64,000 nt of DNA, taken from Minisyncoccota bacterium. GTDB taxonomy: Bacteria; Patescibacteriota; Minisyncoccia; Phycocordibacterales; XYD1-FULL-46-19. The translations under genes were made by a program, and so were the position numbers. The notes beneath the pieces were generated by a model. That model was not told where the DNA came from. It saw nothing but the letters and a program-made list of their open reading frames with translations, and searched no databases. The stretch covers positions 502-64,501 of the forward strand of contig JBAZRF010000005.1 in the NCBI GenBank assembly GCA_041663165.1. Reading direction: 5' to 3'. Shown here one piece after another: positions 20,356-29,884 of the stretch; positions within the stretch are counted from its first letter, which is position 1; each line of letters starts with the position of its first letter.

Positions 20356-20415
20356 GTATTTTTTATTAAAATCAACCACTTCACCAAAATATGGCTTAAA
20401 ATAAGGGTAAATTGG

Positions 20416-21759
20416 CTACTTCAAAATTGGTTTTAGCCTTTCCCCTAATCCTCGGTAGATTCTGACAAGCAAAAACGTCAATAAGGCGATTCCGCTTGGG
20501 ATTAATGAGGTTAAAGGATTGTCAGTTACAAATTTTAGTATAAGGCCAAGGACATAAACAATCGTACCGACAATAAGGAAGGTATTAATCTCAAAAGCGC
20601 TGGGTTTAAACAAAAAAGAAATAAGAAGGGCCGCGCCAATAACTGAAATCAATGAAATAAGAGCAAAGACTGACGACAAAAAGGAAAATAAATATAAAGA
20701 GGCTCCGGCCGAAATAATTATGCCGAGGATTGTGAAGAGCCTTGTTTTTCTAATGACATTTTCCTTTTTGGTTTTTTTCATTTTCGCTACCAGAACACCA
20801 AGAGCGAAAGCGCTAGAATCGATTGTGCCCATAAAGGCGGCAATTAGAGAGATAATAAGCAATGATCCTAGCCATCCTGGCAGGGCCGCCAAAACCCCTT
20901 CGCTAAATAGATTAGAGGGGTCAGCAATAATCCCAGCAAATTTGAAGTTTATTCCCAAATAGGCAATTGCTCCGGCGACTAAGGCGAGCAGGATAAAAGC
21001 AAAAATCAGTCCTTTTTTTAGGGATTGCGCATCTTTGCTAGCGAAGATTCTTTGAAAACTCTCGGCTTGTCCTAGTAGGCTTAAAAATTGTAATAGCGCC
21101 AGACCGATGGCGAACCAAAATTGAGAAGGATCAAGAGCGGTTGGTATTTTGGCAATTGTAAAATTGACCGGGAAAATAAAAATAGTCAAGACGATTGGTA
21201 ATATCAGAAGTCCTTGAAAGATATCAGTTTTAATGGAGGCCTTAAAACCACCAAACCAGAGATAGACACAAACCACTCCCGTGGTGAGTAAGAGAGCCGG
21301 TATTTTTTCGATGTGGAGCAGGGTGGAGAAGAGGCCGGTGTTAACGAACATTTGTAAAATTAAAAAAAGTGATAGTCCGCCACATAAAATTAAGTTAACA
21401 AAGATTTTACTTAATGATCCATACTGGAGACCAAAGTAATCGCCAATCGAAAGAAGATTGTACTCCTTTTGCAAAGAAGAAAGTCGCTTTTTGTAAAAAA
21501 AGTACAGAACCACAAGGGCCATACCGGCTCCAACAAAGGCCATTAAATACCAAAAGCCATAAAGATAAGCAAAGGTAACACCCAGTACAAAATTATAACC
21601 GGTTAAGAGAGAAGCAAATGTCGTCCAAGTGGACTCGGTCGCCGTGAGATTTTTGGCGCTATTAATGTACTCATCAACGGTTTCTCGACGAGAGGATCGC
21701 CAGGTAATAATGGCCAGTATGCCTAAATACAAAATTAGATAAAATACAGTAATATTCAT
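20416..21759 (-). CDS. Sodium:solute symporter-family transporter
   Basis: Many TM segments, 'GGFKASIKTDIFQ', 'FQRIFASKD', 'AAFMGTIDS'. Confidence 0.8.
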   Translation of the reverse strand: MNITVFYLILYLGILAIITWRSSRRETVDEYINSAKNLTATESTWTTFASLLTGYNFVLGVTFAYLYGFWYLMAFVGAGMALVVLYFFYKKRLSSLQKEYNLLSIGDYFGLQYGSLSKIFVNLILCGGLSLFLILQMFVNTGLFSTLLHIEKIPALLLTTGVVCVYLWFGGFKASIKTDIFQGLLILPIVLTIFIFPVNFTIAKIPTALDPSQFWFAIGLALLQFLSLLGQAESFQRIFASKDAQSLKKGLIFAFILLALVAGAIAYLGINFKFAGIIADPSNLFSEGVLAALPGWLGSLLIISLIAAFMGTIDSSAFALGVLVAKMKKTKKENVIRKTRLFTILGIIISAGASLYLFSFLSSVFALISLISVIGAALLISFLFKPSAFEINTFLIVGTIVYVLGLILKFVTDNPLTSLIPSGIALLTFLLVRIYRGLGERLKPILK

Positions 21760-21844
21760 AGTTCCTATTTAATCACACGGGCTAGATAAATGGGGTGAAA
21801 AACAGAGGGGGAGATATAGCCTTATCTTATAAACATATTTTAGC

Positions 21845-21875
21845 TACTAATTGACAAATTATTTGTCAATTAGTA
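21845..21875. promoter_or_regulatory. Operator-like inverted repeat overlapping a sigma70 promoter
   Basis: TACTAATTGACAAAT-T-ATTTGTCAATTAGTA; TTGACA-17-TATATT upstream of the regulator. Confidence 0.75.
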
Positions 21876-21888
21876 TATTTAGATAATT

Positions 21889-22587
21889 ATGATCGGATTA
21901 GACAATTTAGACAATAAAATCTTGAAATTGCTTGGGGAAGAACCCAGTCACCCCTCGGAGATGGCTAGAGAATTGGGGATACTAAGAACAACGATTCATT
22001 ATCGTTTAGGTCGCCTGGCCGAGGCTGGATTAGCAAAAAAGACCATTGTTGGTCGAAAATCTATTTGGCGTCCGGTTTATAAGAATGAGCATAATAAGAG
22101 TTATTACCAGGCCTATTTAGGTCGAGACATTGTCCAAGCCTATAGACAACTTCTCAACTTACCGCCCGACTCAACCATTTTCGCCGTTCAGGGAAGTCTT
22201 GCCGCCAAGAGTGAGTTTGAGAGTTTGCCAACACTCTTTATTAAAGAAGCTCACCGGATATTCAAAAGAAAAAAGATCGTCATGAGAGGGATTTTAAATG
22301 AGAGAGCCTTAGATTTGTTTGCTAAATTAAAAAAAGATCTCGTTAAATCTCATGTTGGCCGAACCCAAAGCATCAAGATGATTTCTGGTAATAAGTTGAG
22401 TGCTCACGGCGAAATAATGTCTAGCGAAAAGATTTTATTACTATCTAACCCAAAGTCGCGTTTTGTTTTAGTGATAAAAGATCCTGGCGTAACAAAAATC
22501 GTCAACGACATGTTTAAACTACTGTTCGAGCTACTTGACGGGAATAAGACCTTTGATCTAAATAGTTATCTAAGTTCAAGATCCTGA
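21889..22587 (+). CDS. Winged-HTH transcriptional regulator (ArsR/TrmB-like)
   Basis: N-terminal 'PSEMARELGILRTTIHYRLGRLAEAGL'. Confidence 0.75.
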   Translation: MIGLDNLDNKILKLLGEEPSHPSEMARELGILRTTIHYRLGRLAEAGLAKKTIVGRKSIWRPVYKNEHNKSYYQAYLGRDIVQAYRQLLNLPPDSTIFAVQGSLAAKSEFESLPTLFIKEAHRIFKRKKIVMRGILNERALDLFAKLKKDLVKSHVGRTQSIKMISGNKLSAHGEIMSSEKILLLSNPKSRFVLVIKDPGVTKIVNDMFKLLFELLDGNKTFDLNSYLSSRS

Positions 22588-23169
22588 TTCTTTTTCGGCC
22601 ACGAGATAATAACGAAAATCGATCGGTTTGAGCTCAACTTTAAAATTATTGGTCGAAAATAGGCTGGCGAGAGAATTTGGGGTATGAAAATGACTGCCCA
22701 TTCGTAGAACTTTTTCAAAGGCCTTAACTAATCGCCCTTTGCCTCTTGTCGGATCATATTCTTCCATCACAATTTGGCCCTTGGTTTTTAAAACTCGCGC
22801 CATTTCTTTGATTGCTTGGTTTTGATTAGGAAAATGATGAAAAGCGTCAACTAAAATTATTTTATCAAAACGATTATCGGTAAAAGGCAAATTCTCGGCG
22901 CTGGCTAAAACGCAAGTCAAACCTTTTTTTTCATGACATTCTTTAAGCATCCCGGTCGAGATGTCGACCACGGTGATTTGGGCGACCTTACCAATTAAAA
23001 ATTTAGCAATTCGCCCGCTCCCGCCACCAAGGTCTAAGACTTGATCAGTCGGCGCAAAATCGGCCAATTCGGCTAGGTGCCCAAAAGTCTTTTTATCACT
23101 AGTGGCCAGATAGTCGTAAATGGGGGCGGTAACATCAAAAAAGCTTTTCATTTTATTTTGCAGATACAA
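22576..23169 (-). CDS. Class I SAM-dependent methyltransferase
   Basis: 'VLDLGGGSG', 'AENLPF..FD', 'EMARVLK'. Confidence 0.88.
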   Translation of the reverse strand: MYLQNKMKSFFDVTAPIYDYLATSDKKTFGHLAELADFAPTDQVLDLGGGSGRIAKFLIGKVAQITVVDISTGMLKECHEKKGLTCVLASAENLPFTDNRFDKIILVDAFHHFPNQNQAIKEMARVLKTKGQIVMEEYDPTRGKGRLVKAFEKVLRMGSHFHTPNSLASLFSTNNFKVELKPIDFRYYLVAEKESGS

Positions 23170-24409
23170 TCGAAGTGAACGATGGTTTGATTATCCGACT
23201 ACTTTTAACTAAATAATAAAAACCACCGAGACAAATTAGCATCAATAAAAGGATCGATCCTCGATATTGGATATTCTCACCAAAGTTTTTGAGTAAATAA
23301 AAAGTAAAAAGCCAAACCAACGGCCCCAGAACAGAAGCCGCACGCTCAAAGATCGTAAACAGGCTAAAAAACTCCCCTTGTCTATTTTCGGGCGAAATTT
23401 CAGAATACACCGCTCTTGCCAGAGAGAATAAAAGTCCATAAGCAATACCACTTAAGGCTAAAACAACAAACACGAACGAGGGTATTTGCGGAATAAGGGC
23501 GATAATGCCAAAACAAAACGCATAAAAAACGCTCGATACCCCCAGCGCTTTTTCTTTGTCTTTTAATTTGTAAACAAGCCTGTTTGCCATAAAGCCACCC
23601 ACGACCGTGAAGATTAGACCAGTCATGCCGGCATAGGTTACTAATTTGTCTGAAAAATCAAATACTTTTGTTATGTAAAGCGTTAAATATAACTGAAAAG
23701 TAAGTATCGAATCGGCCAGCAATGAATAACCGATTAAAAAAAGAAAGATTCTCTTTTCGGAAAGTATTGTTTTAAGAAATATTTTGTAAGAAAAGCCCAT
23801 TTTCTCTGCATCGTTTTTTAAATCCTTTTGCTTGAAAAAGGGAATTGAAATTAATGCGAACAATACACCACCGAGGAAAAGCGCCAGCGGCTTTCCACTC
23901 AAACCAATGATCACGAGTGATGAACCCATTATTGGTCCAATTATCCCAAGAGCAAAAGCATTTCCTAATTGTCCTAGACCAAGACCCACCCCTGATACCT
24001 TGGCATTGTTATCAACGCTGGTTATACTTCGCAGCATTGCTGAATAAAAGACATATGAACCCTGAAAACAAACTTGAAATAGAATATAAAAGAAGGAGAG
24101 TCCCAATAATGCCGACACGTTAAAAATATCTATGCTTTGTATTAAAAAGGCGAGAACAAATAATGACACCACCATTAAAACGGAAGCGATTTTTATGAAG
24201 AATATTCTCTTGCCCGTTCGATCAGAGTAGGATCCTAAGTAGGGTAATATAAGCAACAATAATACCGTCGCGACTGACGCCGACACTCCAACCCAAACAT
24301 TGCTCGCGCCTCTCTCCGCCAGCATGAGGGGATAATAAAAAATCAGAACAATTGAAGCAAAGGAGTTTGCAAAATCATAAAGATACCAAAGTCGTACAGC
24401 TTTTTTCAT
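23153..24409 (-). CDS. MFS transporter (UMF1/Atg22-like)
   Basis: 'WYLYDFANS', 'GSYSDRTG', 'GEFFSLF..SVLGP'. Confidence 0.85.
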   Translation of the reverse strand: MKKAVRLWYLYDFANSFASIVLIFYYPLMLAERGASNVWVGVSASVATVLLLLILPYLGSYSDRTGKRIFFIKIASVLMVVSLFVLAFLIQSIDIFNVSALLGLSFFYILFQVCFQGSYVFYSAMLRSITSVDNNAKVSGVGLGLGQLGNAFALGIIGPIMGSSLVIIGLSGKPLALFLGGVLFALISIPFFKQKDLKNDAEKMGFSYKIFLKTILSEKRIFLFLIGYSLLADSILTFQLYLTLYITKVFDFSDKLVTYAGMTGLIFTVVGGFMANRLVYKLKDKEKALGVSSVFYAFCFGIIALIPQIPSFVFVVLALSGIAYGLLFSLARAVYSEISPENRQGEFFSLFTIFERAASVLGPLVWLFTFYLLKNFGENIQYRGSILLLMLICLGGFYYLVKSSRIIKPSFTSIVSAK

Positions 24410-24425
24410 ACAAATTCCGTTCGAG

Positions 24426-24498
24426 TGGGCGATACAGGATTCGAACCTGTGACATCCACAACGTCAATGTGGCGCTCTACCAACTGAGCTAACCGCCC
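24426..24498 (-). tRNA. tRNA-Val(GAC)
   Basis: GGGCGGTTAGCTCAG..GAC..GGTTCGAATCC..CGCCCA. Confidence 0.95.
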
Positions 24499-25181
24499 AA
24501 ATTATCTGCAATTTCCTGACAAAACTTTCTGCCAATATATACTAATTTTCTTTGTATGGCAACATTGCCGCAACTAATTATACAGACGCCTTTATAATTA
24601 GGATAAGTCTTTGTACCAAGCGTTCTTTTGTCAATTGAGACTTTCCTAAACCTATCAGTCGGCATCTCTAATTTTTTTGCCCAGTATTTTTTCAAAAGCT
24701 CTGGGTCCTGGTCGGCCCGTAAGTGAAGGTAAAAAGATATATTTTCCATCTTAAGATTGTAGACAAATTTCATTACTTTTAAAAAGAATTTTAAAATTAG
24801 CGGGTCTGAATTACCCAAACTCGTTGCTGATCCAGCTTTGTACCCTTCGCCAAGATAAAGCATTGCCAGGCTTAATTCTAATATTTCTCGGTCTTTGTCG
24901 ATTTTATTGAGCGTTTTATCTGCTTCAATTTCGGCGGTTCTCAGTCTGTCTTCTTTTTGCCCGTTGTGCCACTTCGTCGCTCCTTTCCTTGCTTTGATCA
25001 AAGCTCTTTCATGTTTTCGCTTCAATCTTTTCTTTTGTAACGAAGTAAGTTTTATATCTCTGAACCAGCCACTCAAAGTGGAGCGGGGAATGTCCAGAGT
25101 TTTTTCGACATCCCTAATAGATTTGCCTTTTTCTCTTAGTGAGATTGCCTTTGACTTTAACTCGAACCACCTTGATTTCAT
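24489..25181 (-). CDS. HTH plus LAGLIDADG-like putative endonuclease; stop codon lies inside tRNA-Val
   Basis: N-terminal HTH 'LREKGKSIRDVEKTLDIPRSTLSGW'; 'LAMLYLGEG..K' followed by 'NSDP.ILKFF'. Confidence 0.55.
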   Translation of the reverse strand: MKSRWFELKSKAISLREKGKSIRDVEKTLDIPRSTLSGWFRDIKLTSLQKKRLKRKHERALIKARKGATKWHNGQKEDRLRTAEIEADKTLNKIDKDREILELSLAMLYLGEGYKAGSATSLGNSDPLILKFFLKVMKFVYNLKMENISFYLHLRADQDPELLKKYWAKKLEMPTDRFRKVSIDKRTLGTKTYPNYKGVCIISCGNVAIQRKLVYIGRKFCQEIADNLGG

Positions 25182-25245
25182 GTATAAATTATATCATCTG
25201 TGGTTCGAATGAATCAAACAAAAACTGGGGATAAATATATAGCAA

Positions 25246-25719
25246 TTACCCGAGAGCAATATTGTAATTTAGATAAGCGGCGAAAATTACCCAGAGCAGA
25301 TAAGGGACAAGTAACCAGCCGGCACGACGATCAATCTTTTTAAAGGTTAAGGTGGTAAACAGAACAAATAACCAGAGCACCACAATCTCCATTAATGCCC
25401 AAGATGGCTTTTGTAGGTAAAAGAAAAGAACTGACCACCAGACATTAAGAATTAATTGGGCGGCAAAGAGCAGGTAGGCTAAATGGGCCAGGTGCCTTTT
25501 GGTGTTTATGGGCCTCTTCCAAACAAGATAAAGAGCGATGCCCATTAAGATAAAAAGTATTGTCCAAGCGATCGGGAAAACCCAGCTTGGCGGTGTTAAA
25601 GCTGGCCTAGTCAAGGTCTCATACCAGCCACTCTTAATTGACGGAGTAGTAAAAAGTGAACCGATAAAACCAGCGAGAAGGGGAATGGCGATGGAGATTA
25701 AAAGTTTGAGATACTTCAT
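25246..25719 (-). CDS. tspO: TspO/MBR tryptophan-rich sensory protein
   Basis: 'WYETL..P.LTPPSWVFPIAWT', 'LLVPYLLWV.FA.YLN'. Confidence 0.9.
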   Translation of the reverse strand: MKYLKLLISIAIPLLAGFIGSLFTTPSIKSGWYETLTRPALTPPSWVFPIAWTILFILMGIALYLVWKRPINTKRHLAHLAYLLFAAQLILNVWWSVLFFYLQKPSWALMEIVVLWLFVLFTTLTFKKIDRRAGWLLVPYLLWVIFAAYLNYNIALG

Positions 25720-25756
25720 CTCCCTATTATAAAATGAATAGGAAAAAAAGTCTCTG

Positions 25757-25843
25757 CGGAGGCGGGAGGATTCGAACCCCCGATGCCCTTTCAGGCATAC
25801 ATGTTTTCGAAACATGCGCGTTCAACCACTCTGCCACGCCTCC
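25757..25843 (-). tRNA. tRNA-Ser(CGA)
   Basis: GGAGGCG..CGA..long variable arm..GGTTCGAATCC. Confidence 0.93.
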
Positions 25844-25933
25844 TTTCGACAAACCAAATCCTAACATTTTCTTGGCAACTTTTCAAAAAAATGATATATT
25901 GCTGGCGTCAAGTTCGGGTTCTAAAAATTTATT

Positions 25934-26005
25934 GGCCCCATCGTCTAATGGTTAGGACATCACCCTTTCACGGTGGTAATCCGGGTTCGACTCCCGGTGG
26001 GGTCA
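25934..26005 (+). tRNA. tRNA-Glu(TTC)
   Basis: GGCCCCATCGTCTAATGGTTAGGAC..TTC..GGTTCGACTCCC. Confidence 0.95.
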
Positions 26006-26028
26006 CAAAATTCATACAATTTTAATGT

Positions 26029-26060
26029 TTATCCAGTGCTTATCCACAGGGTTATCCTTG
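26029..26060 (+). promoter_or_regulatory. Cluster of DnaA-box(-like) sites
   Basis: TTATCCACA at 26040-26048 (perfect), flanked by TTATCCAGT and TTATCCTTG in the same orientation. Confidence 0.55.
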
Positions 26061-26169
26061 GTTTGGGGCTTTGATTTGACCACCATTGTGACAAAATGTA
26101 AGAGGAGAAGACCGGTGTGCGGTCTTCCTGTTCGTTGAAAGACGACAGCGTAAGCGAAACAAATATGAG

Positions 26170-27819
26170 GTGTTGATCATGGAGACCGATGCTAAGACGG
26201 TTGGTGGCGCCGATGCCACTATCGGTCTGGCTCCGGTCCAGGTCGATCATCTCGCGATTGTTCGAAGTGAGTTCAGCCGGAAAATGCACGAGCGGGTCAG
26301 AACCAATCTTGGCGATCAATCGTATGATCTCTGGATTGTCAGCGGGGGAGTAACGTTCAGTTTTTACGAGGATCAACTCTCAGAAAGACTGGCTGGAGTC
26401 GTCTATACGGCGAGTTCCTTTGCTTCTGGCTGGCTCGGTGACCCCAAAAAGGTTTATCTAGCCGCTATAACCACTGCGTTCAGAGAGCAAGAAATCTTCC
26501 ACTGGAAGTGCGTGGAGGATGGGGCACTCTGTGAAGTGGCCAAGAAAGAAGTTCTGCCGGTAAGACAGTGTTTACCGAATCTTGAGGCCGAGAAGCCCGA
26601 GCCGGTAGTAAGTAACAAGAAGGTGCCGAAGTTCTGCCCTGGCAGGCCACCTGTTATCGGAGTTAGTTTCGAAGACTTTGTCCCCGAAACCTCGGCTAAC
26701 AAAATGGCGCTGGAGGCAGCCCAGGAGCTTACCAAGAGCCGAAAAGCAGCTAGGTTTACCAGCGCGATTTTTCACGGACCTAGCGAGTCCGGAAAGAAAC
26801 ACCTGGTTCTCTCGACTCTTCGGGCGATGTTGGAGGCTTATCCAAGACTGGATGTCTTCTACTTGGATGGAGACGGGTTCGGTACCCTGTTCCCGAGTTT
26901 CTTCTGGACAGGAAAGGGTGGCCAAACTCAAGCCAACGACGCGGATCTCAAGATCTTCAAGGACCGTCTCTACGCCGCCCAAGTTCTCGTTATCCCCGAC
27001 CTTGACCTTGTTGGCCTTAGGCATGACGGGAGCAAGAGACAAATGGCTCGGGCCATAAATCTGGTTCGCCAGAATGGAGGCCGAGTCCTGATCTCTCTGC
27101 TCCAGCCGCTGCCGGAAAGTGAGGCTGAGGGTATCGACCTGTTTGGACCAGAGCTCTACCGGGTGATAAAAGAGATAAGAAATTTCCGAATGGAAAGAAT
27201 TTCTCGGGAATCTTATCCCCTAGTTGCCCAAGCGTTTCTGGCTAAGCAGTTCATCTCGGCTAAAACACCGGGAGAGAGGGCAATTGTCGATTGGATAGTG
27301 AGGAGGACAAAAAGCCTCACTGTGCTAAAGAATCGACTTGAAACCCTTGTTGAAGAGCATAACAGGAGGGCGACGGATGGCCGCCGTGTCACCCTGCCGG
27401 AGGTGCAAGAACTGTTCAAGTTCCCGCCAAACGCCGACGATCTCATTGCCCTAGTACTGGAGGTCGGGAAACTTCAGCGGAAGGTCCGTCGTGGCGAGGT
27501 CGAATATAAGCGAGTTTTAGATATCGCTTGCTACCTTGCTTCTGAAGTTGTCGGTCTCGACCGGGAGAAGGTTGCTCAGTGGTTCTATCCGGACACCATC
27601 TGGGCAAGTTGCGATGTCAGCGGTGGCCTAATGCGTATCGAGAAGCTTCTGGAGACCTCAGAGGCCCGCTTTCCTCTCGGCATTTTGGCAAGAGAACTCT
27701 TGCGCCGGTTCTCCGTTCCTGAAGGGAAAAGAGAATTCTGGGCCAGCAGGCTAAAGGAGTGGACTCTCTCTGAGTCGGGCAAGAGCAAGGGTCGTCGTCG
27801 CTGTCGAGACAAGTTTTAG
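26170..27819 (+). CDS. Highly divergent DnaA-like AAA+ protein
   Basis: 'SYDLWI' (domain I-like), 'SFEDFV..SANKMA', 'FHGPSESGKKHL', 'FKDRL..AQVLVIPDLD', 'DIACYLASE' (domain IV-like). Confidence 0.6.
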   Translation: MLIMETDAKTVGGADATIGLAPVQVDHLAIVRSEFSRKMHERVRTNLGDQSYDLWIVSGGVTFSFYEDQLSERLAGVVYTASSFASGWLGDPKKVYLAAITTAFREQEIFHWKCVEDGALCEVAKKEVLPVRQCLPNLEAEKPEPVVSNKKVPKFCPGRPPVIGVSFEDFVPETSANKMALEAAQELTKSRKAARFTSAIFHGPSESGKKHLVLSTLRAMLEAYPRLDVFYLDGDGFGTLFPSFFWTGKGGQTQANDADLKIFKDRLYAAQVLVIPDLDLVGLRHDGSKRQMARAINLVRQNGGRVLISLLQPLPESEAEGIDLFGPELYRVIKEIRNFRMERISRESYPLVAQAFLAKQFISAKTPGERAIVDWIVRRTKSLTVLKNRLETLVEEHNRRATDGRRVTLPEVQELFKFPPNADDLIALVLEVGKLQRKVRRGEVEYKRVLDIACYLASEVVGLDREKVAQWFYPDTIWASCDVSGGLMRIEKLLETSEARFPLGILARELLRRFSVPEGKREFWASRLKEWTLSESGKSKGRRRCRDKF

Positions 27820-27958
27820 TCAGGGCCCCCGGAGTACACTGTCCGCGGGCCCTTTCGCATTTTTATAATTTTTAGAAATAAAAGTTTCCCCAAACCAAAA
27901 GCCCCTTGTCGGGGCTTTTGGGCCTACTGCTTACCACTAATCAACGTGCCTTTAGCAA

Positions 27959-28900
27959 TTACATGGCCGGCGTGGTAAACGAGTAGGTCGTGGAGGTAGC
28001 TGTTCCTCCTCCGGCGTTGGTCGAGGTCACGACATAATAATAAGTCGTGTTGGGGATTAGACCGGATAAGGTTCCCAGATGGAAGAAGGCCGGCACCACG
28101 TCACTGGCCGCTGGAGTTCCGGCCGTGCTAACCGGTGTTGTGGTTGAGAGCCACAATTTCCCATCAGCTAACTGGTCGGTAACGAGAATCACTATCGCGC
28201 TGGTACTAGACACGTTGAAAGCGCTAGTGAAGAGGATGGCTGGTGGCGGGGAAATTACCGGCGGGGTACTTGTTCCGGTAGCCGTAGTGGTAAACGATAC
28301 AACCGAGGATGTTGCCGTTTTGTCGGCACTGCTTGCTCGAACGGTCAGATAATAGGTGGTACTAGGGATGAGACCGGTCAAGGCCAAACTATGAGTAGTT
28401 GTTGTGGCGGTCGGGTCAATTATCACCGTCCCTCCGTTCGTGGCCAACTGAGTGGTGGTGCCAAACATCACGTTGCCGGTTGTTGGTAAATTGGTTAACC
28501 AACTGATACTGGCCGAGGTCGAGGCGACGGAAGAGAAATTGATACTAGAGATTGACAAGATCGCCTGACCACCGCCATGTTCAGCTTCATTTTCGTGTTC
28601 ATCTTCTCTCTCTCCGTATCCGGTTTGTTCGTTTTGATTCTTGCCGTGATCGTCATCGTCTTCTTTCTTGCTACCAGAGTTGTCACTATTCTGATTTTGC
28701 TGACCATGATCATCTTGGGTTGCCGGTGTGGCCACTACTTGATGTTGATCTTGTCTTCTTTCGGCTTGATCTCTTCCAGACGGCTCTCGGCCACCGCCAT
28801 CCTCGGCGAGAGCCAAAGCGCCAGGCACGGCGAGCACCAACGCTAAAGCGATCGAGAAAGGGACGAGTTTACTATGCCATTTAATCAATAATCTTTTCAT
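27959..28900 (-). CDS. Secreted protein with an acidic/His-rich linker and two FN3-like domains
   Basis: Signal peptide; 'SASISW.T', 'LTGLIPSTTYY', 'LSGLIPNTTYYY'. Confidence 0.75.
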   Translation of the reverse strand: MKRLLIKWHSKLVPFSIALALVLAVPGALALAEDGGGREPSGRDQAERRQDQHQVVATPATQDDHGQQNQNSDNSGSKKEDDDDHGKNQNEQTGYGEREDEHENEAEHGGGQAILSISSINFSSVASTSASISWLTNLPTTGNVMFGTTTQLATNGGTVIIDPTATTTTHSLALTGLIPSTTYYLTVRASSADKTATSSVVSFTTTATGTSTPPVISPPPAILFTSAFNVSSTSAIVILVTDQLADGKLWLSTTTPVSTAGTPAASDVVPAFFHLGTLSGLIPNTTYYYVVTSTNAGGGTATSTTYSFTTPAM

Positions 28901-29061
28901 AAGATTTTTTAAGTTAAGTTAATCGACTAAACATCAATGGCGACTAATTTACTCAACTAGCGACGACCAGAGACTCATTTGGCGGGGATTTATTGGCTTT
29001 TCCGCCAACGGCCCGCTAGGTAGGTTGTAGGTTTATAACTACGATTTGGTCCCAAATTCTG

Positions 29062-29883
29062 GTGCAAAGCCCGGATGTTTGTTATAGTTTTCTTATGATA
29101 ATTTGGATTGCGCTAGCCACTTTTTGCTCAACACTTTTGGGCGGACTTTTTGCTTTGCGGTTTCGGGATAAGTTGCACTTGATTCTCGGCTTCTCGGCCG
29201 GGGCGGTGATTGGCGTCGCTTTTTTTGATTTATTGCCCGAAGCGATTAATTTGGGGCAAGGACTTTATGATGTTTCTTTTGTTACTGGCATTGTCGCACT
29301 CGGTTTTATTGTCTACATGACTCTTGACCGTTTGATTTTATTTCATCCGCCGGCCGACGAGGATTGTCTCGACTGTCATAACGAGCACCACCAATTAGGA
29401 AGTTGGCCCCAAGGCCTTTGGCGGGGTAAACTAGGCGCTGGCACCTTGGCCGTGCACAGTTTTCTCGACGGCTTGGCAATTGGCCTGGCCTTCCAAGTTT
29501 CATCGGCCGTCGGCGTGATTGTGGCGGTCGCGGTTTTAACTCATGATTTTTCTGACGGCATTAACACGGTTGGTTTGATTTTAAAAACCGGGCACTCTGC
29601 GGTGCCCGGCCAGACCGATCCAGACAAGAAACGCCAAGCGTTTAGCTGGCTTTTGATAGATGCCATTGCGCCGGTGCTGGGTGTTTTGGCCACTTTATTT
29701 TTTACTCTCTCCGAAACTTCCCTCGGCCTCATCCTGGCCGTTTTTTGCGGCTTCTTCCTCTATATCGGCGCCTCCGAATTGCTCCCTGAGAGTCATCACG
29801 GCCACTCCACGCGCTTGACTACCCTAATGACGATTCTCGGCGCCTTGGTGCTATATCTGGCGGTTAAACTGGCCGGGGTCTAA
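29062..29883 (+). CDS. ZIP-family metal transporter (start may be ATG 29095)
   Basis: 'GFSAG', 'HSFLDG', 'HDFSDG', 'ELLPESH'. Confidence 0.88.
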   Translation: MQSPDVCYSFLMIIWIALATFCSTLLGGLFALRFRDKLHLILGFSAGAVIGVAFFDLLPEAINLGQGLYDVSFVTGIVALGFIVYMTLDRLILFHPPADEDCLDCHNEHHQLGSWPQGLWRGKLGAGTLAVHSFLDGLAIGLAFQVSSAVGVIVAVAVLTHDFSDGINTVGLILKTGHSAVPGQTDPDKKRQAFSWLLIDAIAPVLGVLATLFFTLSETSLGLILAVFCGFFLYIGASELLPESHHGHSTRLTTLMTILGALVLYLAVKLAGV

Positions 29884-29884
29884 A

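Noticed and set aside
19900-24425. Genomic island integrated at the tRNA-Val 3' end
   Set aside because: Accessory-looking genes, but no duplicated tRNA 3' end or integrase was found by eye.
26029-26060. Chromosomal origin of replication
   Set aside because: Only one perfect DnaA box, no dnaN or obvious unwinding element, and similar boxes are scattered elsewhere (about 2538, 40030, 48365, 51891).
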